From contig NC_068985.1 of NCBI RefSeq assembly GCF_001194135.2, positions 18,455,320-18,519,319 on the forward strand: a stretch of 64,000 bases of DNA, in the 5' to 3' direction. This document shows positions 47,901 to 60,542 of the stretch, in pieces (positions within the stretch are counted from its first letter, which is position 1; every line of letters starts with the position of its first letter). This DNA is from Octopus bimaculoides. Lineage: Eukaryota. Under the pieces are notes generated by a model that was given only the letters and a program-made list of their open reading frames with translations, was not told the DNA's origin and made no database searches. A program made the position numbers and the translations under genes.

Positions 47901-50900
47901 NNNNNNNNNNNNNNNNNNNNNNNNNNNNNNNNNNNNNNNNNNNNNNNNNNNNNNNNNNNNNNNNNNNNNNNNNNNNNNNNNNNNNNNNNNNNNNNNNNNN
48001 NNNNNNNNNNNNNNNNNNNNNNNNNNNNNNNNNNNNNNNNNNNNNNNNNNNNNNNNNNNNNNNNNNNNNNNNNNNNNNNNNNNNNNNNNNNNNNNNNNNN
48101 NNNNNNNNNNNNNNNNNNNNNNNNNNNNNNNNNNNNNNNNNNNNNNNNNNNNNNNNNNNNNNNNNNNNNNNNNNNNNNNNNNNNNNNNNNNNNNNNNNNN
48201 NNNNNNNNNNNNNNNNNNNNNNNNNNNNNNNNNNNNNNNNNNNNNNNNNNNNNNNNNNNNNNNNNNNNNNNNNNNNNNNNNNNNNNNNNNNNNNNNNNNN
48301 NNNNNNNNNNNNNNNNNNNNNNNNNNNNNNNNNNNNNNNNNNNNNNNNNNNNNNNNNNNNNNNNNNNNNNNNNNNNNNNNNNNNNNNNNNNNNNNNNNNN
48401 NNNCAAATTGACCCCAGAACTTATTCTATCGCTTTCTTTTGCTGAACCGCTAAGTTACGGGGATGTAAACACACCAGCATCGGTTGTCAATCGATGGTGG
48501 GGGGGAAACACACACACACACACATATATATATATACACACAATGGGCTTCTTTCAGTTTCCGTCTGCCAAATCCACTCAGAAGGCTTTGGTTGGCCCGA
48601 GGCTATAGTAGAAGGCACTTGCCCAAGGTGCCATGCAGTGGGAATGAACCCAGAACCATGTGGTTGGTTAGCAAGCTACTTACCACACAGCCATTATTAT
48701 TACTTTTACTGTCTTCGTAATTATATCTCAGTGAAATTTCGCTGCACGTCTGAGTATAGTTTGTCTTGAGTATTTATGGTCTGTGAGCATGTTTGTGTCT
48801 GTATTTGTATATGTACAGTGCTTCTGTATGTGTTTATGTATATACAGTTTGTGTATGTTTTTATGTGCTGTTTATGTGCATCTGTGATCATTATATCAAT
48901 ACCATTCATCATAATGTTGTTTATTTCTATATTATGGAATCTTTTATATATTTATCTTTTTTTTACCATTTCCATTGCTCCCAGTGTTAGATTTTGTTTC
49001 TATTTTCAGTATCTATATTCTGGCTGTCTCTATTTCTAAATCTTTGTCTGGATTATTTCTCTTTAGACATCTGTTGTTGCCTCTTAGGATTGATATATCT
49101 CTCATAACACTTAATTATCTAGTGGGCTTTGATTATAAATGGCCAATTTGTCTGTTTGTTATCTGCCATTATTATCATCATCATTATTATTGTTATTATT
49201 ATTATGGCGAGATGACAGAATCGTTAGCATGCTGGGAAAATGCTCAGTGGTATTTCGTCTGCTGCTATGTTATGAGTTCAAATTCTGCCGAGGTTGACTT
49301 TGCTTTTCATCCTTTCAGGGTCAATAAATTAAATACCAGTTGAGTACTAGGGTTGATGTAATCAACTTGCCTCTTCCCGCAAAATTTCAGGCCTTGTGCT
49401 CTTAGTAGAAAGGATTGTTATTATTAAGGTGGCGGCTGGCAGAATCACACACGCACACGCACACACACACACACACACATCCTGCCTTTTATATATACAG
49501 ATGCCAAATCAGACTGGCACCTGGTGTAGCCCTCCAGCTTACCAATTTCATTCAACCCATGCCAGCATGGAAAGCAGATGCCAAATGATGATGAACGTGG
49601 CTGGTATGGCAATTTATGAGATGGAGACAGAATAAACAGTAAGTCCATTAGTGTTACTGAGAGACTGAAAGGCATGAAGCATCTTGGTACTCTACAAGTT
49701 ATTTAGTTAATGAGATAGTGTAGAGAGAAGAACTATGTGGTGAGATGAGTGGAATAACAACAATTATTTTTTAAATGATGAGCTGGCTGAATTGTTAACA
49801 TGTTAGACAAAATGCTTAACTGTTTTCCTTCCGGCTCTTTACATTCTGAGTTCAAATTCTACCAAGTTAACATTGCCTTTCATCCTTTTTTTTTGTTTTT
49901 TCTTTTTGGTGGTGGGGGTTAACAAAAAGAGTACCAGTTGATGTAATTGACTTACTTGCACCTCTGAAATTGCTGGCATTGTGCCGAAATTTAAAAATAT
50001 ATTAACAGTGCCAAGCTAGCAGAATTAACAGTGCAGCAGATAACGTACTTAGTGACATTTCTGACAGCTGTTTATGTTTGAAATTGCCGTGCATCCTTTC
50101 GAGATCTATAAAGTAGCAATCAAGTACTGGTGTCAATGTAATTGACTTATTTCCTCCCCTGAAATTGGCTGGCCTGGTGCCAAAGATTGAAATCATCATC
50201 ATCATCATCATTATTATTATTATTAATGAGTGAGAGAGCAGTACATGCCATCAAAGTGACACTGGGGTAAAATATACAAAGCCCAGTATATCCATCATGA
50301 CTACATGTCTTTTAAGGGTACACTAGGCACATGCATCACAACCATATATGTGCATGACATGGTGATCTCATATCAAGATAAACAGTGCATGACCTTGCAG
50401 GTGGGGCCCAGTTAGAATTTTCTTCAGGTTGAGTAGCTCATCCTGCTCAAAAGGTCCCTGAATAAGGGTTGTTTAAGGATGTTGAATGAAATGCCCATGT
50501 TTCCAGAGGTGAATTATCCAAACTCCAAAGAACCCTTCTCAACACATGGCTATGATTCTCTCTCACTACTTCTGCTCGTGATCAGACATGCATACATCAT
50601 CAGCCACTAAGGGACATGCTCAACTGGTTATGGTCAAACATCTGACAAGCAAATCTGTGGTATTGGGCAGAATATTATTATCAAGCTGACAGAATCATGA
50701 GCCACTTAGTGGCATTTCGTCTGTCTTTATGTTCTGGGTTCAAATTCCACTGTGGTCAGTTTTGCCTTTCATCCTTTCAGGGTTCAATAAAATAAGTACC
50801 AGTGGAGCAATGGGGTCAATGTAATCAGCTTACCCCCTCCCCCAAAATTTCAGGCCTTGTGCCTATAGAAAGGCTTATTATTATTAAGGCAGCGAGCTGC

Positions 50901-51097
50901 CAGAATCATTAGCATACCGGGTGAAATGCTTAGCGGTATTTCGTCTCCTGCTATGTTCTGAGTTCAAATTCTGCTGAGGTCGACTTTGCCTTTCATCCTT
51001 TCGAGGTTGATAAAATAACTAACACTTAAACACTGGAGTTGATGTTATCAACTTAACCCCTTCCTCAAATTGCTGCCCTTGTGGCAAAATTTGAAAC

Positions 51098-51134
<37 letters not shown>

Positions 51135-54100
51135 ATTATTTATTATTAGTGGTGGTATATGTAAACAGAATGTTATTTTGCTTTTTTTTATGTTTGTTTT
51201 TAGCTACATCTTATATTCCTATGACGGTTAAATATTCTATATGCATGTCGCTCATACATTTTAGCCCAGTCTCTTGGTTTTTCATAGTTTGATAGTTTTT
51301 CTTCCCAAATGGTATTCTGCTTAGTGTAATCAATATATTGATAAAGAAAAACATCTTAACTCTATTCATTTGTTTGTTCTGTTGTTCATTTTACATGTGT
51401 TTGTTTTTTTGTTTTTTTTATAACTAGTATATTATCATGGCATGAGGTTTTGTTCCACTTGTTTTCGGAAGTGCAGTGCTACCAGATGATTTTTTGATAG
51501 GGAAACATCATTGAACATAATTGTCTCTGACTCAGTGATTTTTTTTTTTTTTAATGTAAAGCGCTGAAAACGGATGTGTGTGTGTGTCTTTGTGTCTGTG
51601 TTCCCCACCACTACTTGACACCTGTGTTGGTGTGTTTATCTCCACGTAACTTAGCAGTTTGGCAAAAGAGGCTGATAGAATAAGTATCAAACTTAAAAAA
51701 GAAAAACAAGTACTGGGGTCGATTCATCTGGCTAAAATTCTTAAAGCCAGTGCCCCAGCATGGCCACAGTCTAATGACTGAAACAAATAAAAGATACACA
51801 CACACACACCCACACATGAATGACTTTGTACAGTTTCCATCTGTCAGTAGGACTGAACCTTAGACCTTGTGATCGTGAAGTTAACTTATCAACCACACTG
51901 CCATACCTACACTATCAATGATCGGTAATTTTCTAATCAGTTTTTGCAAATATGTTGAAATAGCTATCTTCAATGAAAGTTTTAACCCTTTAGCATTCAG
52001 ATTACTCTGTCAAATGTAATGCTTATTTATTCTCATTGTTTTAAAATAACCATACATGTTAATGTCACTTCAAGATTTCGATCATGTGGTTGTTTTTTGT
52101 TTTTATTTACGATATTGTAGGGTAAGTGTAAAAGGCCTGATCTGGCTTGATTGAACTTAGAACAGGCAGAATATTAGGGCTGGATCTGGTTAGTTTAAAT
52201 GCTAGAGGGTTAAAGACTTGTTCTGATTGTTGTTGGGTCAAAATTTGGTATCATGTACATTTTCATCAGTGGTTTTACACACACACACACTTCTTACTCT
52301 GTCATAGTTATGTTTGAAATCTGGCTTAGACTCTGCCTGACAAAATATGATTAATTGTTTCCTGATATTTGTTGCATAATTTACATTTGCCATGTCCCAT
52401 TTAGTCTATTTTTCAGAATGCTTCTTCTGGGTAACCTTCTGCAATGATTATAAAACTTTTTGGTTTTACTTTTAGATCAGAACTACTCAGTCAGTTTTCA
52501 CTTCCTTTCAAATTTATCAGCTCCGCTCAATGTTACTGATAACCTCAAAGAAGAATTTTATTTTGATAGCATTGCATTCTGTACTTATATCCTTGATTTT
52601 CACTTAAATGGAAGGGTTTATTTTTTCTTTTTTGTTTTCTTTTGTTTATTTGTTCTTTCTGCTGATGTGCTGTTTTTGTCCTCAGCAGTTTTATGTTGTA
52701 CCTTTGGATTTCAATCCATAAAGAAATATTTATTTTGTTTACCAATTAATTAAAATCTTTGCCTTTTTATAAGTCAGTTTTAATCCAGTTGTAATTATTT
52801 AAAATAATTTTCTGTTTGGTTTTGTCTCCACCTCCTTTGAGGAGAGATGTTGAAGTTTGCTAATGAGAGGCATGGATTGTTCTGAATAGTAAAGTAGTGT
52901 GTTCATGTGAGTCAGTTTGGGCAGAAGTTTGTCTAAAACAATTCCAGTTCGCTTGGCTCCAATGAAAAGAAAGAGACATATATGTTATTAGGATAGTTTG
53001 TTGAGTAACAAATACGATTTGGTGCTGATTCCACGTACAAAGTTTTGGTGCTGGTGCCACATAAAATGCTCTGGTGCTGGTGCCATGTGAAAGCACCCAG
53101 TACACTCTGTAAAGTTGTTGGTGTTAGGAAGGGCTTCCAGCTGTAGAAACTAAGCCAAAACCTGTGGAACCTGGTACAGCTCCTTGCCTTGCCAGTTCCT
53201 ATCAAGCCATCCAACCCATGCCAGCATGGAAAATGTACGTTACATGATGATGATAATTGTGGCAGTGGAACTAATAGATGGGCTAACTATTGAGGTTAAT
53301 TTTAGTGTGGTTGCTATAGCTTTCTGTGAGATGAAGATAGGAAAAGTAGCAGGTCCATTTGGAAAAGCTATCGAGATATTGAAGACATGAAACTATGTAA
53401 ATCTGTTTGTTGCTTAGTCAATCTGATAGTGCAGGGCAATGTTGTCCCCAGTAATTAGTATAATAGTATCATAGTGAACTGCTATATAGGCAATGGATAT
53501 GCACTGGAGAGAGGCATTATAAAAGCTTCAAACTAAACTGCAGTTTGGTTTTTGTGTCAAGATAAAGAACTACCGAAACCATATATTCTTCAAGAGTTTC
53601 TTAATTATGAACAAACCACTCTAATTTTTATTTGTAAATATTATAGAATGCATTTGAGATCCCCTACTTCATAGTCTGTTGATTAGGCTCAGATAAATTG
53701 TTTGTATTTAGATATCATTGGTGAGCAAGACAGGATCCTGCCTTCTTTCCTCCTTACTAAAACCTTTTGCTAAGTTTGTCTTTAGGCCTCACAATTTCGG
53801 GTTTAGCTTCTATGCCTGGAATTTCTTCTCTACTTCCCCTATAGATTCAGGTATGAGAACTAGAGCATCAGCATATAGGAGTTCCAATGGACAGCCAGTC
53901 AGAAAATTCTCTGTGATGGTTTGTAAGATTATGATAAATGAGAGAAGACTAAGGACTGAACCATGATGGACTCCCACCTTCACACTAAAGTCATTGCCAA
54001 CTCTCACTTTACTTACCACATCCTTGTACATAGCTTGTACTGCTTGCACAAGCCATTCGTCTACACCTAGTTTCCTCAGTGCCCACCAAATTATATGAGC

Positions 54101-55517
54101 ATGGTGCTCTGTCAAATGCTTTCTCCAGATCAATGAAAGCCAGGTGTAGCTGTTTATTCTTAGCCAGGTATTTCTCCTGCACTTGTCTCAGAAGGTTGCA
54201 TGTGATGCTTCTTCTCTATCATAGATCAGTTGGGCTATGACTTTCTCTGTGACCCTCATAATTTGGTCTAGAAGTTTGATTCCCCCATAGTTGCTTTTCT
54301 CTAAGGCATCACTTTTGCTCTTTTAGTAGTTTACAATGATACTGCTACACCAGTCATTAGGTATGATACCTTCCTGAATGACTTGATTAACTATCTGGAT
54401 AATAATCTTGTATCCCATTTCCTCAGATATTTTAACCCTTTAGCATTCAGATTACTGTCAAATGTAATACTTATTTATTCACATTGTTTTGAATTAATCT
54501 TGTATTATCTCGTAGCTTTGAGATTTCAATGATGTGATTGTATATTTTAAGAATAGGTGTGAGAAACTAGATCTGGCCAGTTTAAATGCTAAAGGGTTAA
54601 ACATCTCCCCGATGACCCATGGCTTTCCTCCTTCATATTTGTCAATTTGAATTGCTGGTCCCTTTATTGGGTCAACATATGGTAATCCTTGCTTATTCCA
54701 TGCATTCCCCACATTCAACAGCCTTTCATAATTGCACTTTCATGCCAGTTTCTTTTTTTCCATATTGATGTTCCAAATACACTTCTTGGTTCACTCCACC
54801 CTTCAGCCTTACCTATTTTGATAGTTTTCCTTCCCATCCCCTCATCTCCCTCCCATACAATCTTGCAAACCATTCATCTGCTTTTTACTCACCTTGTGTT
54901 GGCCACTTAGGCACCTCATTGCCATTGTCTGTCTCCTGCAGCTCCTACTGATCATTTTCTCTTTTTCCTTTTCTCTCTTTCCCTATTAATTGTGAGTAGA
55001 CATGCAGATCCTCCTCCTCCCTGAAGGATCATGGTCCTGCAAACTGCAAGGTAACCTCACTAGTTCTGGTGCCATGAAAGAAAAGCACCCAATATCCTCT
55101 GTAAAGTGGTTGGCATTAGGAAGGTATTGTAAAGCGGTCTTTTGCCACTGTTGTATCTGTCTTTTGATGATTGTTGTTGCTCTGACAGATATTGTTATAT
55201 TCTGAAGTTATTGATAGAATGATTCTATCTAGCACTGTATGACCCCCAGTCATAAAGTGTTATTATCCTCAAAAGGTTGGGTTGTTTATAACATCTACTC
55301 AGTGTCGGGATATAATTACTATATCAGCACAAGCACAACTATCAACAGTCTTCCTATACTCTTGACCTTTGACCTTCTCTTGACCGGCTACTGGTCTATT
55401 TATAATGGCTGGCTACTACCACTTTTTACTGGGAGAAGCGTACAGTTTCACTACACAACATTTCCCCTTTTAATTTTTTTTATTTGACAATCAATTTCTT
55501 TTATTCACCCTGCCTCA

Positions 55518-55554
<37 letters not shown>

Positions 55555-58500
55555 TCAATATCTTTTCTACTTAGGGTTTGCTTTTAGGAGTTTGGCGTTC
55601 TTCCCTTTTCTTGTACTTCTTGTAACTGTTGGAACCTGAAAATTGTCATATGGCCAATCCATTGGTATTTCTACTCTTGTTGCTTCCTTTTCTATGACTC
55701 TTACCTTAAGCTGATTTCTATGTCTCCTTTCCATTCCATTTCTGATTCTTACACCATACAGCATTCTTCCTATGTATGTTATAATTTCTCTTTCCCAGTA
55801 TTGCTTGCCATTTTTGTACATTCTTACATATACCTTATCACTGATTCTAAAGAATTTTGGCAGATCTTTACTAGCATGTACTTTGTATACCACTGGTAAC
55901 AGTTTATTGAATACTGACTTCATCTTTCTGGCAAACATTTATTCTGCTGGTGAACTTCCTTCTGGCACATTTGGGCTTGGAGTTACCTTATATACCCATA
56001 AGAATTGTTGGATCACGACCTCATCCATGGCTTCCTTATTATCTTTCTTTAAAGCTCTCTTAAAAGTGTCCATGATCCGTTTGGACCTTCCATTCGATCT
56101 AGGGTGGGACTGTGCGATAGTTTTATGTTCTAATGTGAACATCTCACAGAATCTTTTAAACGCACAGGATACAAACTGTGTTCTGTTATCAGAGACAATT
56201 ATATCTGGTACACCAAATCTTGTGAACAACTCTTGTAAGAAGTTTGTTACTGTAAATGAGGTTAATCGTTTACATCTTGCGACCTCAGGCCATTTTGTGT
56301 AGCTGTCCACTATTAAGTAATAATATCCATTTACCGGGCCTGCAAAATCAATATGCAATCGGGTCTGTGGTATTTTCACTTCTGGCCAAGGTTCACATTT
56401 AGTAGGGAGTTTCACTGCTAGCGCACATGATCTGCAGCCTTTTACCAGGTTTTTAACTTCCTTGTCCATACTTTGGCCAGTATACAAAACTCCGCATCAG
56501 CACTTTCATTCTAGAGACGTCTTCAGATTGATTCATTCTAGAGACGCCTTCAGATTGATTCAGTCAAAGTAATTTCCTACAAAATTTGTGACCATATAAT
56601 GTGAGAAATCATTATTGTTTAATATAATTAGAATTCTATTAATAACTCCTTTAAGTACCGTACTTTTGTCATCCTCTCTCTTTCTTTTACTGCACGAAAT
56701 TCTCATTTTCACCAGTTACACACTAATGTCTTTTCAGAAGTGACTGCAATTTGATATTTTGTTAATTTTGTTGTTTTTCACTTATAATTACTGAGAAAAC
56801 ATTTTTGTTATTTCTATTTTACAGAGCATGAGATTAAAAATAATAGCTGCAACAGGAACTGTTGAAAGACGGTTTAGCAGTTGGATTGGTGGATCAATTC
56901 TTGCCTCTCTGGTATGTAATTTAAATGTTATCTTACATTTTTACATTGTCTTTATAAGTATTTTATGGATACTTAAATGTTGCAGGTAAGGCAAAAGAAT
57001 ATTTCAGTGATCTATAGAAGTGATTTAAGATGCAGTCCTTATGTCTGAGAAAGAATAACATCACTGATTGATCTAGGTTCAAGTTTAATTGAAATTGTGA
57101 AAATAGACAGGAATGGCATTTTGGGAATCAGCTCTGTTCCGGAAGGACTTGAAATAATATTAATGCACACAGTTGGATAGCAAAATGTTATATCAATGAA
57201 TTACAAAGAAGATATATAAATATATATCATCATCATCATTTAATGTCCATTGTCCATGCTGGCATGAGTTGACTGGTTTGACTGGGGATGGCAAGCTGGA
57301 AGGCTGCACTAGATTCCAATATGATTTGGCATGGTTTTCTACAGCTGGATGCCCTTCCTAATGCCAACCACTCCGAGAGTGTAATGGGTGCTTTACGTGC
57401 CATTTGTGTGACACTGGTATCTGCCATGACTACGATTTTGCTTGGTTTGATGGGGCTTCTTCTCAAGCATGACATAATGCCAAAGGTCTCAGTCATTGCC
57501 TCTGTGAGGTCCAACATTTGAAAGGAAATCAGCCACTTTGCCTCTGTGAGGCCCAGTGCTCAAAAGGTGTTCTTTACATGCCACCTGCACAGGTGCCAGT
57601 TACATGACACCAGCATCAGCCACGATTAAGATTTCACATGGCTTGACGAGCCCTCTCAAGCACAGCATATCGTCAAAGGTCTCGGTCATTTGTCATTGCC
57701 TCTGGGTGGCTCAAAGTTCGAAGATCGTGCTTCACCACCTTGTCCCATGTCTTCCTGGGTCTACCTCTACCACAGGTTCCCTCCACAGTCAGAGATCGGC
57801 ACTTATTTACACAGCTGTCCTCATCCATATGCATCACATGACCATACCAGTGCAGTTGTCTCTCTTGCACAATACATATGATTCCACTTTTGCCTATCTT
57901 CTCTCAAGATGCTTACACTCTGTCGAACATACACACTGACATTGCACATCCAGCAAAGCATACTGGCTTCATTTCTTTCAAGTCTACACATGTCTTTGGC
58001 TGTCACAACCCATGTCTCACTACCATGTAGCAAATCTGTTCACACACAGGCATCATACAATCTGCCTTTCACTTTGATAAAAAGGCTCTTTGTTGTCAGC
58101 AGAGGTAGGAGCTCCCTGAACTTTGCCCAGCTTAATCTTATTCTCACAGCTACACTCTCGGAGCATTCACCTCTGCTACTAACTTGGTCACCTAGATAAT
58201 GGAAGCAGTCTATTTTCTGGACATTTGTAGCATTTATTGTACCTGTGCATCTTCCACATACAAAAGCTAGTTTCTCTGTTAACCTTCCTCTGATATTGCT
58301 GTACCTTTTCTGTGTCCAAAGCTTACGCTGGGTGCATCTTATGAAGTCTCTACCTATGCCTTTTCTACAGATTGGGCAGAGCCATCTACCTGAAGGGATT
58401 TGTGATTTGTCTGCCTTCCTACTTACTAACACTTAGGTTTTTGCTTGGTTAATGACTATCGTGAGCAAGAGGGGACTGAGCACCAATCTTTGGTGAACCC

Positions 58501-60471
58501 CTACTTGTACACTGAATTCTTTGCTGTACTCATTGCCAACCCTCATCTTACCAGAAATATAGCATCAGTGGTGATCCTCTCTATTTAGGCATCACTTTTA
58601 TCTTTGCAGCAGTTGACTATGGTGCTGCTACACCAGTCATTAGGTATGACTCCTTTGTGAACCACCTGATTTACAATACAGGCAACTAGACCATAACTCA
58701 CACCACTGGATATTTTAAGCATCTCAACAGTGATTCCTGATGGGCCAGGGGCTTTCCTGTCTTCATATCCTTAATTGCTTTATCTACCAAGATACTGTCG
58801 ATTTGGGTAGCTGGTCCCTCAATTGGGTCAACATTTGGCAGACTCTCCTCCTCTCATTCATTCTCCATGTTCAGTAGTCTTTCATAAAGGCATTTCCAAG
58901 CCTCTTTCTTTGTAAAATCATTAAATACAAGTGCACCATCATTCATGCAGACCACATTTCTCTCACACTCTATCTTGCAATCTGAAACACTTCAGTTCTT
59001 TGGTCCTCATGTTGCTGAATATAGGTAAACTTCTTTTCTGCTTCTCCCTTGGCTAGATATACCTGTCTCCTAACTTCCCTTCTGGCAATCTGATACAGTT
59101 CCTTGCTACCCCCATTTTTCAGGCCTGTTTCTTTGCTTTAATGGCCCTGTCTACCACATCATTCCACCACCACGTTACCCTAGGTCTGGATGGGACTTTG
59201 CACCAGCCACAGATTTGGTCTGTAGCACTCAGCAAGCTGTCTCACAGGAATTCCCAGTTGCCCTCTATGTCACAAATTTGTAGATGATCCTCTCTCATCA
59301 AATTTCTCAATTAGGATGTCACTAAATCTCTGACCATATGAAGGGTCTTTAAACTTCCAAATCCTTCTTTTCCAGATTGGTCTGCTACTTGGCATCCTTC
59401 TGGTCTGGTGTCTAAAATCACTAATGACTAGTCTACACTGGGGGGTACATTATTCATCAGGGAGGGTCTTTGTATTTAAGAGCAACCAGGTATCCTGCTG
59501 TCTGGTGAGAATGTAATCAATCTGGCTAGCACAGTCACCTGATTGGTAAGTTATCAGGTGGCTAACAGGCTTCCTGAAGTTGGTGTTGCAGATCAATAGG
59601 TTCTTTGCATCACAGAACTCCGGTAGCCTTGTTCCCTTTTCATTTCAGAGACCAGTCCCATGGACGCCATGAAAGATACCAGGCTGCCGTCCGACATGCC
59701 CATTGAAATCTCCAACCACGGAGATGAGATAATTGTCACTTGTCTTTGAGGTGGCCTGCAGAAGAATATCATAAAAGTGGTCCTTCTGTTCATTTGGTAG
59801 GCTCGCTTGTGGGGCATAGGCAAAGATAATTGTCACTATACTATTTTGCAAGACTAGCTTGAGCTTAAGCACTCTATTGCATACTCTGACTACCTCTATG
59901 ACCTTATCCACCCATTTCTTAGCAAGTAGTATGCTCACACTACCTACCCTGTCGCTGTTACCTTCCCAGAAGATTTTATACCTATGTGTTTTGCCTGCGA
60001 AGAACCTGGCTGAAGCTCCTCTCCACCTTACCTCTTGGATGCAGCATACATCAACATGCCTCCGTTCAAGCATCTCAACAATCTCACTAGCCCTACTTGT
60101 CAATGTGCCTACATTGACAGTGTCAACTCTGAAAACTGAGAAAGGGACGTGGGAGGAAACATGGGAAAGAGGAGTGATGGTATTCAGCACCTGAAAAGGT
60201 TTCAGTGATCGCTTGATAACAGACATGTCACATCAGTTGTTCTCACTTTAACCTACCATCATTCAAACATGTTAAAATTGTTGCTCCTACTGGGGGTGAG
60301 TGTAATGTTAGCATTGTAAGTATAAGTGTTACTGCTTTAAGTAAATGAGCTGCTACTGGTTAGTCCATTATATAGAGAAAGAAAGAGAGATAGGTGGTCT
60401 GTTAATTTACTAAGTAACACATCTCCTTATGGTGCATGCAGAAGTGTGGATGGTTGGTGGTGGAGAGGGAA

Positions 60472-60542
<71 letters not shown>

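Noticed and set aside
51486-51530. Box C/D snoRNA (ATGATT...CTGA)
   Set aside because: Imperfect C box, only about 45 nt long, no terminal stem or recognisable guide.
55772-56302. 176-aa plus-strand ORF (also 8754-9215, 16069-16668, 59859-60194) as nested genes
   Set aside because: Antisense shadows of transposon ORFs with no recognisable motifs.
55939-56487. Domesticated integrase gene
   Set aside because: Frameshifted, SDNG changed to SDNR and the catalytic Glu changed to Lys; consistent with neutral decay.
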